DNA from: Nanobdellati archaeon
GTDB taxonomy: Archaea > B1Sed10-29 > JAGVWA01
Assembly: GCA_018304505.1 (NCBI GenBank)
Contig: JAGVWA010000009.1
Location: 1-26,989 of the forward strand
Length of the DNA: 26,989 nucleotides
Direction: 5' to 3'
Part shown: piece after piece, positions 6,933 through 15,708 of the stretch
Layout of the letters: every line of letters starts with the position of its first letter
Numbering within the stretch: the stretch's first letter is position 1
Program-made: the position numbers and the translations under genes
The notes under the pieces: generated by a model
Told to the model about the DNA's origin: nothing
The model's input: the letters and a program-made list of their open reading frames with translations, nothing else
Databases searched by the model: none

Positions 6933-7259
6933 TTAGAAGAGCAGCAGCTGCCTTTCTGTGCGATCCCGGCGTGCGAGTTCTGGGTGCCACACTGCTTCTT
7001 GTTTAATCCTGTAGTTTTCCGCGTCACGCTGGGCTTGTGCAGCTGCAACCCGCGCGTCATTCCCGGTCATCTCAAAGGCCTCTCTGACGGCGCCACCCGG
7101 CCCATCGATCGTAAGAATTGTGAACCCGTCTAATTGACCGTCTTTGATAAATGCCCTTGATCGGGGGTGCAGTTGCAGGGCAGGTGTCGAGTTTATTCTG
7201 TCTTGCAGCGTCTGCGGCAGGGTGCCTTTCTCTGCGGTGTGATAACTAATTTTCCACAT
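6933..7259 (-). CDS. Hypothetical protein, 108 aa, Met-Trp start (MWKISYHT)
   Basis: AAAAGCG-TTAAATA promoter about 22 nt upstream (leaderless). Confidence 0.75.
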   Translation of the reverse strand: MWKISYHTAEKGTLPQTLQDRINSTPALQLHPRSRAFIKDGQLDGFTILTIDGPGGAVREAFEMTGNDARVAAAQAQRDAENYRIKQEAVWHPELARRDRTERQLLLF

Positions 7260-7284
7260 GGGCTATTTAGGGTAGAAATGGTAT

Positions 7285-7692
7285 TTAACGCTTTTTCTTC
7301 CCACGACGTGCTTTCACAGGTGCTTTGAGTGCAGCTGTTTTTTTCGCGGGTGTTTTGCGCATCGGCTTCTTTACCTCGGTCTTGAGTTCCTCGATTTCCC
7401 GCATTAGGCGCTTCTTTTCTAAGCGTTCCTCGTACCCGTGTTCCTCTTGCTCTTCCAGGGCAACATAAGCGTTGGCGATGCCGAAAACTATGCCGAAGAA
7501 ACTCACTATGCCGAGAATGAGGTCTTGTATCACGATTGCGAAGAAGAACAGCACCGCGCTAGGCAAAAAAAACGCCACACTGGCTGGAAAGCCGATGTGC
7601 TTTTTCCTGCTGGTGGCGATTTCTATTGACTCAACCAGAAGTGCTGCCCCGAGGAGGAGCGCCGCTGCGTACGCGATGTCATAAAGTGCCAT
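7285..7692 (-). CDS. Membrane protein with three TM helices and a basic C-terminal tail
   Basis: Hydrophobic N-terminal half and K/R-rich tail; the ATG at 7692 lies about 22 nt after a TTTTTAAA box. Confidence 0.8.
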   Translation of the reverse strand: MALYDIAYAAALLLGAALLVESIEIATSRKKHIGFPASVAFFLPSAVLFFFAIVIQDLILGIVSFFGIVFGIANAYVALEEQEEHGYEERLEKKRLMREIEELKTEVKKPMRKTPAKKTAALKAPVKARRGKKKR

Positions 7693-7815
7693 GCTTAACA
7701 AACGGGGCGTTGTTTAAAAAAGCTTTCTGTCATAAACAGCGAAAACCCGCCCAACCAAGTTATTTATAAAGGTTGCTTTTTTTTGTGCAACTTCCGGGCG
7801 ACAAAGAACAGGGGG

Positions 7816-7873
7816 AGAAAGAAAAAAAGAAAGAGGAAGCAGAAACGGGCCCGCGCAGATGCCTCACCTGCGC
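7816..7873 (-). terminator. Putative terminator of the surface-protein operon (hairpin plus oligo-T)
   Basis: GCGCAG/CTGCGC inverted repeat (7853-7873) followed on the minus strand by a long T-rich run (7833-7816). Confidence 0.35.
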
Positions 7874-7927
7874 AGATCCCCGATTCTCTTAGTGGGGTTT
7901 TTTTTGCTGTTGTTTTGTTTGGGGGTT

Positions 7928-8281
7928 TCAGAAGCCAGTGTCGCTCGCGTCGTCTTCCTCAGACCCGAATGGCGAAGTGCCTGAAGTGTCTGTTCCGCCT
8001 AGGCCGCCGAGGGCGCTTGCCCCGCTTGTTTGTCCGCTAGTTAAACCTGAGGTTTCGCCGAAGATCTCTCCTGCTTCCCCGGCTTTGCCACCAAAGACGC
8101 TGCCCGACGTCTCCTCGAGCCCAGGGAAGATTTCAAAGTCTTGCTCTGCCTGCTGTACAGCCTTTCCCCCGCTTGTCGTGGGTTGGGTACCAGCGGACCC
8201 GCCAAACTGCGGTATGGTGCACCCTGCCATGATTACCAGGGCAAGGATTGCGGTTAATGCTTTTCCATATTTGTGTTCCAT
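7928..8281 (-). CDS. Putative lipoprotein with low-complexity G/S/T/E-rich body
   Basis: Signal MEHKYGKALTAILALVIMAG-C with a lipobox; GGAGGT RBS. Confidence 0.8.
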   Translation of the reverse strand: MEHKYGKALTAILALVIMAGCTIPQFGGSAGTQPTTSGGKAVQQAEQDFEIFPGLEETSGSVFGGKAGEAGEIFGETSGLTSGQTSGASALGGLGGTDTSGTSPFGSEEDDASDTGF

Positions 8282-8298
8282 TTTTCATCTACCTCCAC

Positions 8299-10830
8299 TT
8301 AGGCTGCGAGCAGTTGCGCCCCTATCGTTTTCAGGTCTGCACCCAGGATGAACGCTGCTTCCAGCGTGTCCATGGCATCCCTGTATTGGCCTGAACCTGC
8401 GCGCTGTCTTGCGGTATTCACCAGTGTTTTAATTGATGTAAGTAACGCGTCAGCCTGTGTCGTGTCCTTTCCTGCGTTTCTCAATTCAGTCAACTTGGCT
8501 TCAACCTGAGGAATGAGCTGGTCTGCCTCCCCCAAGACCCTGGTTACGCGTTCTTGCAGCGCTTCTGGGTTTATTGAGAACAGCTGGTCCTTGTAGTCCT
8601 CAAAAACGCGCTCGAGTTTTTCGCCAAGCACAAAGGCGGTCCTCAGGATCTGCAGTGCCTCGTCGTCGCGCCCCTGGTTGTGTGAGTCAGTTGCTTCTTG
8701 CACCAGGGCCCTTACCTGTGTCAGTAACGACTCTGCACGGCTTGTGTCGATGCCCCTGGTTTTGAATTCATTCAGGCCCTGTTCAACATCTGGGAGCTTT
8801 ACAGAAGCCAGCGCGAGTGCCTCGTCGACGTCTTGCGTTGTCCCGCCGTCTGCGCCCCCGCTGCCTTGTCTTCTGATGAAGTCCTTTATTCTTTCACCCA
8901 AGGGCATTACTTCTTTTAGGATTCCGAGTGCGGCTTTGTAATTGCCTTGTTCTGTCTGGTCACGGGCTTTTTGAATCGCGTCCCGGATTCTTTGGATCTG
9001 GCTTCGCGCTGATTGTGTATTCACGCCCTGGCCTTCGAGCTGCGTCAGTTTTCGCTCAGCCCCGGGCAGGTTTCCTTCTACGTCCTTAATGATTCTACGC
9101 ACCTCACTAGCAGCATCTTCGTCAGTGTATCCCCTGTCGCGCCCCCTGCTCAGGAGCTTGTCGAGGCGGTCTCCTTTTTCGAATGCCTCTGCAAGGATGC
9201 GCTTGGCTGCTGCCTCGTCCCCTGTGCCGTATGCGGTTTTTACACGCTCCATGATCGCCTTTATTTCACTGAGCAGTTGCCTTGCCTCGGTAACGTCAAC
9301 ACCGCGTTCCGCAAGTCGGTCGATGTCCTCTTCAGTGTCTGCAATGAATATCGGGGCTTCGCGCAGTATCTCAGCTACGCTCATGTCTTCAGGTCTCGGT
9401 CCTTCGAAATCATCATCAAAACCAGCTTGCCTGTGCAGTTCACGGAAGACCTTTTCTGCCTTTTGCCCGAAGCGCTCGAAGTTCCTCAGGATCTTGAAGG
9501 CCTCGTTGTCCTTGCCTTCATCTTGCAGCGCCTTGATTTTGGCGAGTAGGTCTTCTGCTTCTCGAATCAGGGTCCTGCCTTCTGTCACGTCAACGCCGCG
9601 CGATTCTAAGTCATCGAGTTCGAAGCGTGCCTCGCCAATGTGGAATTCAATTTCGGAAATGATGTCTTCTATGTCTTGTGGTTCTGGCCCCATTCCGGGC
9701 CCACCACCTGGTCCACCAGGTCCTCTGCGGTCTTGGCTTCTCCAGAGTTTTTCCATTGCCCTTTGGAATTCCCTTCCCAACCGTTCGAGTTCCCGCAAAA
9801 CACGCTGCGCTTCACGGCCGTCATCAGCTGCCCCGATCTTGTTTTTTCCGTCTGCTATTGCTTGTTTTAGTTTGCTTAACAGGTCGCGCGCCTCTGTGGT
9901 GTCTGCGCCCTGGAACTCCAGGTCATCAAGTTGGAATCCGGCGTCTTCGAGGAAGAACGACATGTCTTCAACGCGCCTGTCGAATTCTTCCCGCGCCTGT
10001 TGTGCGCCCCGCATTTCGTGGCACGCCCTGAAGGCATCGCCGATGTTCCTGCCGCTGCTTCTCCTGGCGTTTTCCAGAAGGTCTTGGGCTTTTTGTGGTG
10101 CGGTTGATGCTATTGATTTTGCCTCTGCAGCCTGCTTTTTCATTTCATCAATAAGTTGCCGTGCCTGTTCACATTCTATGCCCTCTGCCTGCAGGTCTTC
10201 GAGTTCCCATTGCCTTTGTTCAATGTCGTAGAATTCAAAGTCCTCGATGTTCCTCAGCACGTCTTGTGAAAATTGCTGGTCGTTGAAGCCGTTGTCCGGC
10301 CCTTGGCGTGGCTCCGGCATGCGCTGGTCTTGGAAATCGCAGTGCTCCCCTGCATTGTATGTTGACCCGTCAGCGTTTGTACAAATTTCGCGTTTGCACT
10401 GGTTGCCTGCTTGATCAGTAAATGGCTCGCTGTAGCAGCCGCCACCCCCACTGCCGCCAACCGGCGTTTGCGACACGCTGTCGCATTTTTCCTCGTTGAA
10501 GCCGTCAGTGCACTTCGTGATCGTACATCTCCTGTTTGAGTCATAGAAAGATTCGCATATCTTCCCGGAAGTTCCATCTCCAGGTTCTGGTGGGGTCGTC
10601 TCCCCCTGGCAAAATTTGTTTACTTCCTGGCCGTCACAGTATTCTATGTCGCAGCCGGATTCCGTGTCATGCCGCGTTTCGCATACAGGCGCCGGTGGCG
10701 TGGTTGTGTCGCCAGTGTCGTTTCCACCTGTTGCATTTTGGTCTTGCGCTAACATCGGTGTTGAAAACACCAGCGTAAAAAGCATAGCAAGAGTCAATAG
10801 TTTTTTAATCATTTTAAGCCTATTAGTCAT
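8299..10830 (-). CDS. Large secreted protein (843 aa): signal peptide, Cys-rich repeats, seven helical-bundle repeats
   Basis: GAGGTGA RBS before the ATG at 10830; signal KKLLTLAMLFTLVFSTPMLA; repeated LxxxGxDxxxAxxLL motif. Confidence 0.88.
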   Translation of the reverse strand: MTNRLKMIKKLLTLAMLFTLVFSTPMLAQDQNATGGNDTGDTTTPPAPVCETRHDTESGCDIEYCDGQEVNKFCQGETTPPEPGDGTSGKICESFYDSNRRCTITKCTDGFNEEKCDSVSQTPVGGSGGGGCYSEPFTDQAGNQCKREICTNADGSTYNAGEHCDFQDQRMPEPRQGPDNGFNDQQFSQDVLRNIEDFEFYDIEQRQWELEDLQAEGIECEQARQLIDEMKKQAAEAKSIASTAPQKAQDLLENARRSSGRNIGDAFRACHEMRGAQQAREEFDRRVEDMSFFLEDAGFQLDDLEFQGADTTEARDLLSKLKQAIADGKNKIGAADDGREAQRVLRELERLGREFQRAMEKLWRSQDRRGPGGPGGGPGMGPEPQDIEDIISEIEFHIGEARFELDDLESRGVDVTEGRTLIREAEDLLAKIKALQDEGKDNEAFKILRNFERFGQKAEKVFRELHRQAGFDDDFEGPRPEDMSVAEILREAPIFIADTEEDIDRLAERGVDVTEARQLLSEIKAIMERVKTAYGTGDEAAAKRILAEAFEKGDRLDKLLSRGRDRGYTDEDAASEVRRIIKDVEGNLPGAERKLTQLEGQGVNTQSARSQIQRIRDAIQKARDQTEQGNYKAALGILKEVMPLGERIKDFIRRQGSGGADGGTTQDVDEALALASVKLPDVEQGLNEFKTRGIDTSRAESLLTQVRALVQEATDSHNQGRDDEALQILRTAFVLGEKLERVFEDYKDQLFSINPEALQERVTRVLGEADQLIPQVEAKLTELRNAGKDTTQADALLTSIKTLVNTARQRAGSGQYRDAMDTLEAAFILGADLKTIGAQLLAA

Positions 10831-10953
10831 TAGTAATATCACCTCTGCTTTTCCTTTTGGCGCTTGGAATATAAAAGGGCAACCCAGGCCGCGGGGGTTT
10901 TTTAGGAATTTTTTGGAAAAATGTTTAAACCCCCTGCTGTATATAATAGTGTC

Positions 10954-11730
10954 ATGAAAGCGATAGTGTGCAGCACCCGGGAACAGGCCAGCATGAACCT
11001 GTTCGAGAGATTCCTTGAAAAGGGGTTTGATGCTACTGATTTGAGTTTCAATGGGTATGGTATCTATGAATACAACGACGTTATGCTGGTTCGCACTGAC
11101 GAGCCCATAACGCACGCAGACTCGATAAATGGCCTTGATGCTTCCGAAATTGTGTTTGCGAGCCCCCATACTGCGGCCTCAGGCATTCACGCCTTCGCAG
11201 TGCACTTCATCGGAAATTTTGGAAGTGCCGACCTGGGCGGCTTGCCCCAGAAGCTCAGTCAAGCAAACGCGAACACCGCCCGGAACATTTTTAAAGAAAT
11301 CCAGAAACGCATGCCGGAGGGCTTTATTGCGACCATCGAATGCACGCATCACGGTCCGGACATTGACACCCCGGTGTGTTTTGCAGAACTCGGCAGCAGC
11401 GCGGCACAGTGGGGCAATACAGGTGCGGCGAGCTATCTGGCCGACTGCATCATCGCAGGCATAATGAGCAATGAAGAAAAACCGACAGCGATCGCCATTG
11501 GGGGGAATCATTATGCCGCGAAATTCACTGCGCTTATGGGTGAATATGCCCTTGGTCACATCTGTCCAAAATACAACCAGCAAAACCTGAACAAGGAAAT
11601 GATTCAGCAGATGATTGATAAAACCGTACCCGGGCCTGAAAAAATATTTATCGACAAGAACGGCGTGACCGGAAAAACGGAGTTGTTAAAAATGCTCAGC
11701 GCGTTTGACTTACAGATAGTGCAGATTTGA
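10954..11730 (+). CDS. dtdA: D-aminoacyl-tRNA deacylase (archaeal/plant DTD2 type)
   Basis: FASPH, VHFIGNF, ECTHHGP, FAELGS, GGNHYA and GHICPKY motifs; start at MKAIV. Confidence 0.93.
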   Translation: MKAIVCSTREQASMNLFERFLEKGFDATDLSFNGYGIYEYNDVMLVRTDEPITHADSINGLDASEIVFASPHTAASGIHAFAVHFIGNFGSADLGGLPQKLSQANANTARNIFKEIQKRMPEGFIATIECTHHGPDIDTPVCFAELGSSAAQWGNTGAASYLADCIIAGIMSNEEKPTAIAIGGNHYAAKFTALMGEYALGHICPKYNQQNLNKEMIQQMIDKTVPGPEKIFIDKNGVTGKTELLKMLSAFDLQIVQI

Positions 11731-11756
11731 ATTTTTGATGCATCTGGGCGACGTTT

Positions 11757-12914
11757 ATGTTTAGCGTTTTGAAACACTTGTACGGGGCTTTTGACATACG
11801 GTCTGAAGTGAACGAGATTTTCATTCACAGGATAATTGACGCGTTCGCGTTCGGCCTTGTCGGGGTTTTTGTCCCGATTTATTTGTTCAACATCGGGTAT
11901 TCGTTGAACGATGTTTTCTTGTATCTTGCGCTAACGTTTTTGTTCTACTCGATCTTCGCAGGCCCGGCACTAAAGCTGGCTGAGAAAATCGGCATCAAGC
12001 ACACTGTGACGCTATCGCAGGTGATGCTGGTAGCGCTTTTCTTGCTCCTGCGGCAAGTGCAATCTCCCGTGATACCCGTGTTTTTTCTTGCCGCGTTCAC
12101 CGGTTTGATAAAGATGCTGTATTGGATGCCGCTAAACACCGACTTTGCGGTTGCAACACACCCTGGGCACACTGGCAAGGAGACGGCCATGTTGCACATG
12201 TTTCCGCAGATCGCAGCCATTGCGGCCCCGTTAATCGGGGGGGTGCTGATTACGTACCTCGGTTTCGAGATGCTCTTTCTCGTGGGGGCAGTGCTTATCC
12301 TTGCGAGCGTTTGGCCGCTGTTTATTACAAAGGAGCGCTTTGAAGCCATCAGGATGAAGAAAACAGACGTGTTTTCCAAGCGCAATTTTCCGCTCTTCAA
12401 CATCTTTTTGGCTAATGGTTTTTTCTTCGCAGCATACCTGTTGTGGCCATTTTACGTTTACATTACAGTTCCGGATTACGTTTTCACGGGCATCATCACT
12501 GCGCTTGTTGGCCTGAGCACGGCGCTTGTTATATATTTTGTGGGGCGATTCGAGGATCGGATTGGCGTGAGGCCCATCTTGAGAATTGGCGGCGCGGCAA
12601 ACTTTGTCTTGTGGATATCGGTTTTGTTTGTTGACTCGCGGCTCGGCTTGGGCGTTCTGTCGTTTTTCTTCGGCATCGTCTCTGGTTTTATTTTAGTCCC
12701 AACACTGGATTTTGCAGTGAAAATTGCAAAGAACCGCAAGAGCGCGGCAGAGGTCATGCTGTTGCGGGAGTTGCCGCTTGGTTTTGGCCGCTTTGCCCTG
12801 CTGTTCCTGCCCGTGTTTCTCCCAGATGGCATTAAGTTCCAGGCCGTCTTCGTTCTGGCGGCTGTCGCTTCGTTGTATTTTTTCCTGACTGACGACATTG
12901 AAAAAATTTGGTAA
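11757..12914 (+). CDS. MFS transporter
   Basis: About 12 TM segments; loop motifs LAEKIGIKH and GRFEDRIGVR; APLIGG. Confidence 0.9.
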   Translation: MFSVLKHLYGAFDIRSEVNEIFIHRIIDAFAFGLVGVFVPIYLFNIGYSLNDVFLYLALTFLFYSIFAGPALKLAEKIGIKHTVTLSQVMLVALFLLLRQVQSPVIPVFFLAAFTGLIKMLYWMPLNTDFAVATHPGHTGKETAMLHMFPQIAAIAAPLIGGVLITYLGFEMLFLVGAVLILASVWPLFITKERFEAIRMKKTDVFSKRNFPLFNIFLANGFFFAAYLLWPFYVYITVPDYVFTGIITALVGLSTALVIYFVGRFEDRIGVRPILRIGGAANFVLWISVLFVDSRLGLGVLSFFFGIVSGFILVPTLDFAVKIAKNRKSAAEVMLLRELPLGFGRFALLFLPVFLPDGIKFQAVFVLAAVASLYFFLTDDIEKIW

Positions 12915-12918
12915 AGGC

Positions 12919-13095
12919 CTAGAGGTCACCGCCCCTGACGGTTTTCCTTCCGTTTGCCTGGCACCGCTTGCAGGCCTTTTTTATTGCGTCTTCTAAAACG
13001 TCATTTGCGGCCTCTGCGAGGTCTCCGGAAGAGTTAAAGCCGTGCTGTTTCACCATTTCCTTTAGCGCACTCTGGTTCACCAATAGTTTTGACAT
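12919..13095 (-). CDS. Short histone-fold protein (alpha3-truncated, face-to-face/DUF1931-like), 58 aa
   Basis: Manual translation MSKLLVNQSALKEMVKQHGFNSSGDLAEAANDVLEDAIKKACKRCQANGRKTVRGGDL; RKTVxxxD histone motif, GGTGA RBS, TTTAAA box. Below the ORF-track size cutoff. Confidence 0.88.
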   Translation of the reverse strand: MSKLLVNQSALKEMVKQHGFNSSGDLAEAANDVLEDAIKKACKRCQANGRKTVRGGDL

Positions 13096-13268
13096 TTTTT
13101 CACCACACCACGCTTGAATTTAAATGTTTTTGTTGTAGTTTTCCGAGACGCCCCAGGGCTATGCTTTATAACGCCTTGTTTTAAATAGTAATTAGATGCT
13201 AAGTAAATACTAATCAGTGCTAATGCAAGCTATGCTATTACTGTTTATGGAAACACGGGCGAGGCTTA

Positions 13269-13466
13269 ATGGTAACGAAACTCAAGATTGATGGTGTTAA
13301 GTGCATTTATTGCGGCGGCTGCACGTCAGTGTGCCCCGTAACCGCATTGACGCTGAAGGAGATATACATCGACATTGATCAGGACACATGCACGCAATGT
13401 AATGCGTGTGTTAAGTTCTGCCCGGTTGACGCGATTTCACTAGTGCAAATAGAGGGTCAAAAATGA
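13269..13466 (+). CDS. 2x[4Fe-4S] ferredoxin
   Basis: Two CxxCxxCxxxCP motifs; GAGG RBS. Confidence 0.95.
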   Translation: MVTKLKIDGVKCIYCGGCTSVCPVTALTLKEIYIDIDQDTCTQCNACVKFCPVDAISLVQIEGQK

Positions 13467-14719
13467 GCGGGGAAACAAGGGATGTTCTAGGGCATTACAT
13501 GGAGCAGCAGCTCAGAAAACACGAGCCTTGGGATGTGATTGTTGTAGGTGCGGGCCCCGGCGGATCGATAGCTGCGCGCGACTGCGCACGCCAAGGCTTA
13601 AAAACGCTGGTGATTGACAAGCGGCAGGAATTGGGCACGCCTGTAAGGTGCGGCGAAGGCCTCGGGCAAGTCTGGATCAAAATCGCAGGCCTGGAATACG
13701 ACCCGAGCTGGTGCCTACAGGAAATGAGGGGTGCCGCGATCACGCTGCACAACGGCGAAGAAATCGTGATAGAAACCGAGAACCGTGGTTATATTATCGA
13801 GAGAAAGGAATTCGAAAAGCGCCTAGCAGAGCACGCCATTGCAGAGGGCGCAACATATATTGTAAAGACCCTTGTAAATGGCGTCATCATGGACGAACAG
13901 GGCTGTGTTGCCGGAATTAAATGCAAGAACATGGAAGGCGAATTTGAAGTAAAGGCCAAGCTTGTAATAGCGGCCGATGGTGTTGATTCGCAGATCGCAC
14001 GCTTTGCAGGCATAAGAACTCATGTGCCGGTAACAGAGGTTGACACGGGCTTCCAGTACTACATGACAAACATGAAAATCAAGCACCCCAACCTCATTCA
14101 TCTGTTTATCGGTAACGATGTCGCGCCGCGCGGGTATGTCTGGATTTTCCCGAAAGCAGATGACAAGGCCAACGTTGGCATTGGCATTACGGGCTGGCAC
14201 GAGAAGACGCCGAAATGGTACTTGGATAAGTTCATCAATGAGCACCCGGAGTACTTTGAAAACGCGTCGATCGCAGAACTCAACGGGGGCTGCTGCCCGG
14301 TGACAAACCCAATAAAGAAACCCTATGCTGCGGGCCTGTTGGTTGTCGGTGACGCTGCGCACATGGTGAACGCCATCCACGGCGGGGGCATCGGGAATGC
14401 AATGGAAGCTGGCCGCATCGCGGCGACTGTTGCGAAGGAAGCGGTTGAGGCAAACGATTTTTCTGAAGGGTTCCTAAAGCTGTATAATGACAGGTTTCTT
14501 GAAATCAGGGGCAACCAGCTTAATCGGGTAGTGAAGGTCCGAAAGTTTTTCGAGAAGCTTTCAGACGCCGACATTGAATCCCTGCACAGCTTTTTTAAAG
14601 GAAAGGAAAATGACGTGCTGACCTTCAGCGAAGGCGACAAGCTGAAGACCTTCGCAAGTTTATTTGCCAGAAACCCCCGGCTGGCTGTTATTGCAGCAAA
14701 AACCCTTCTGACGGGATAA
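13463..14719 (+). CDS. Digeranylgeranylglycerophospholipid reductase (geranylgeranyl reductase family)
   Basis: GAGPGG FAD-binding motif, PVRCGEG, GYVWIFP and VGDAA...GGGI; coupled to the ferredoxin gene. Confidence 0.93.
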   Translation: MSGETRDVLGHYMEQQLRKHEPWDVIVVGAGPGGSIAARDCARQGLKTLVIDKRQELGTPVRCGEGLGQVWIKIAGLEYDPSWCLQEMRGAAITLHNGEEIVIETENRGYIIERKEFEKRLAEHAIAEGATYIVKTLVNGVIMDEQGCVAGIKCKNMEGEFEVKAKLVIAADGVDSQIARFAGIRTHVPVTEVDTGFQYYMTNMKIKHPNLIHLFIGNDVAPRGYVWIFPKADDKANVGIGITGWHEKTPKWYLDKFINEHPEYFENASIAELNGGCCPVTNPIKKPYAAGLLVVGDAAHMVNAIHGGGIGNAMEAGRIAATVAKEAVEANDFSEGFLKLYNDRFLEIRGNQLNRVVKVRKFFEKLSDADIESLHSFFKGKENDVLTFSEGDKLKTFASLFARNPRLAVIAAKTLLTG

Positions 14720-14721
14720 GA

Positions 14722-15708
14722 GTGCGGGCGACGTTTCTCATCATCGGTATCGTAACATTACTGTACTTTGTTTTATCGCCAGACCTGCTGTTCATACCCC
14801 AAGAAGCCCTGCAGCAGCTCGGTTTTTCAATTTCCAACCCAAAGGGAATTTTCACCTACTCGTTCATACACGTGACGCCGCAGCACTTGCTGTCGAATAT
14901 GATCTTCCTAGCCCTTGTCGGTCTTATTGCTGAAAGAAAGTTCACCCGCACCGATTATTTGCTCGTGTACTCTGCGGCTGTCGCATTTTCGGCAATAGCC
15001 TATGTGTCGCTTGAGCCGAAGGTGCTGCTTGTCGGCGCTAGTGCTGGTATTGCAGCCATTCTGGCGGCCGCCGCCCTTATCGATATTAAGCGCACGGTTA
15101 TCTATGTTGTGGCGTTTGTGTTACTCGTTCCAACAGTGCTAATGCCGGTTTTGTCGTACTACACCCAGTCCGCGGAAGAACAGGTAAGTACAATGACAAC
15201 AGAACTTGAGGCAATAGTTTTGGAAAAGCAGCAGGAACTCGTGTTGGCCGAAGAAAAACTAAGGCTGATAGCGCAAAACATAAGTACCCTACAGGACCAA
15301 TTTATACAAGGCAGAATCTCGGCAGATGTATTTGAATCAAGGAAGGAGACCCTTGATTTGCAGATCACGCAGGAGCGCGAAAAAATCGGCAAGCTCGAAA
15401 AGCAAGCTGAAGAAATGGGGCTTGAGATCAAGGAATCGAAAGCGGTGCAAGAGAACTTGGCCACGGGAAGGGAACGCGAAAAACTGCAGCCGCCGCAGTT
15501 CATGCATTTATTTGGGGCAATCATCGCAGTCATTTATATTATCGTGTTTAGGAGAGATATATTATGGGAAGTGCCGTTACAAGTTTCGTTCTTAACAAAC
15601 TACTTGCAGAGATCAGCGGAGAAATCGAAGACCAGTACCTTGAAAAGGTCCAGCAGATCTCGGCAGAGACGTTCAAGTTCGCGTTCAGGGGAAAGAAAGA
15701 GCTACTAA
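14722..15708 (+). CDS. Rhomboid-family intramembrane serine protease with coiled-coil insertion
   Basis: FIHxxxxHLLSNM, VGASAG (catalytic Ser) and MHLFG (catalytic His). Confidence 0.88.
   Translation: MRATFLIIGIVTLLYFVLSPDLLFIPQEALQQLGFSISNPKGIFTYSFIHVTPQHLLSNMIFLALVGLIAERKFTRTDYLLVYSAAVAFSAIAYVSLEPKVLLVGASAGIAAILAAAALIDIKRTVIYVVAFVLLVPTVLMPVLSYYTQSAEEQVSTMTTELEAIVLEKQQELVLAEEKLRLIAQNISTLQDQFIQGRISADVFESRKETLDLQITQEREKIGKLEKQAEEMGLEIKESKAVQENLATGREREKLQPPQFMHLFGAIIAVIYIIVFRRDILWEVPLQVSFLTNYLQRSAEKSKTSTLKRSSRSRQRRSSSRSGERKSY

Noticed and set aside
1609-7259. Integron-like attC sites or a shared upstream nucleotide motif around the MW genes
   Set aside because: The bases before ATGTGG (CTA, AAA, ATA, CAT, ATT, AAC, CTT, CCC, TTT) and the intergenic ends show no common repeat, and several gaps are only 2-8 nt.
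9089-10231. 380-aa + strand ORF
   Set aside because: Ser-rich antisense shadow of the E/R/A-rich surface-protein gene.
10831-11169. 113-codon N-terminal extension of the 956-aa ORF
   Set aside because: It overlaps dtdA and the divergent promoters; the RBS and signal peptide place the start at 10830.
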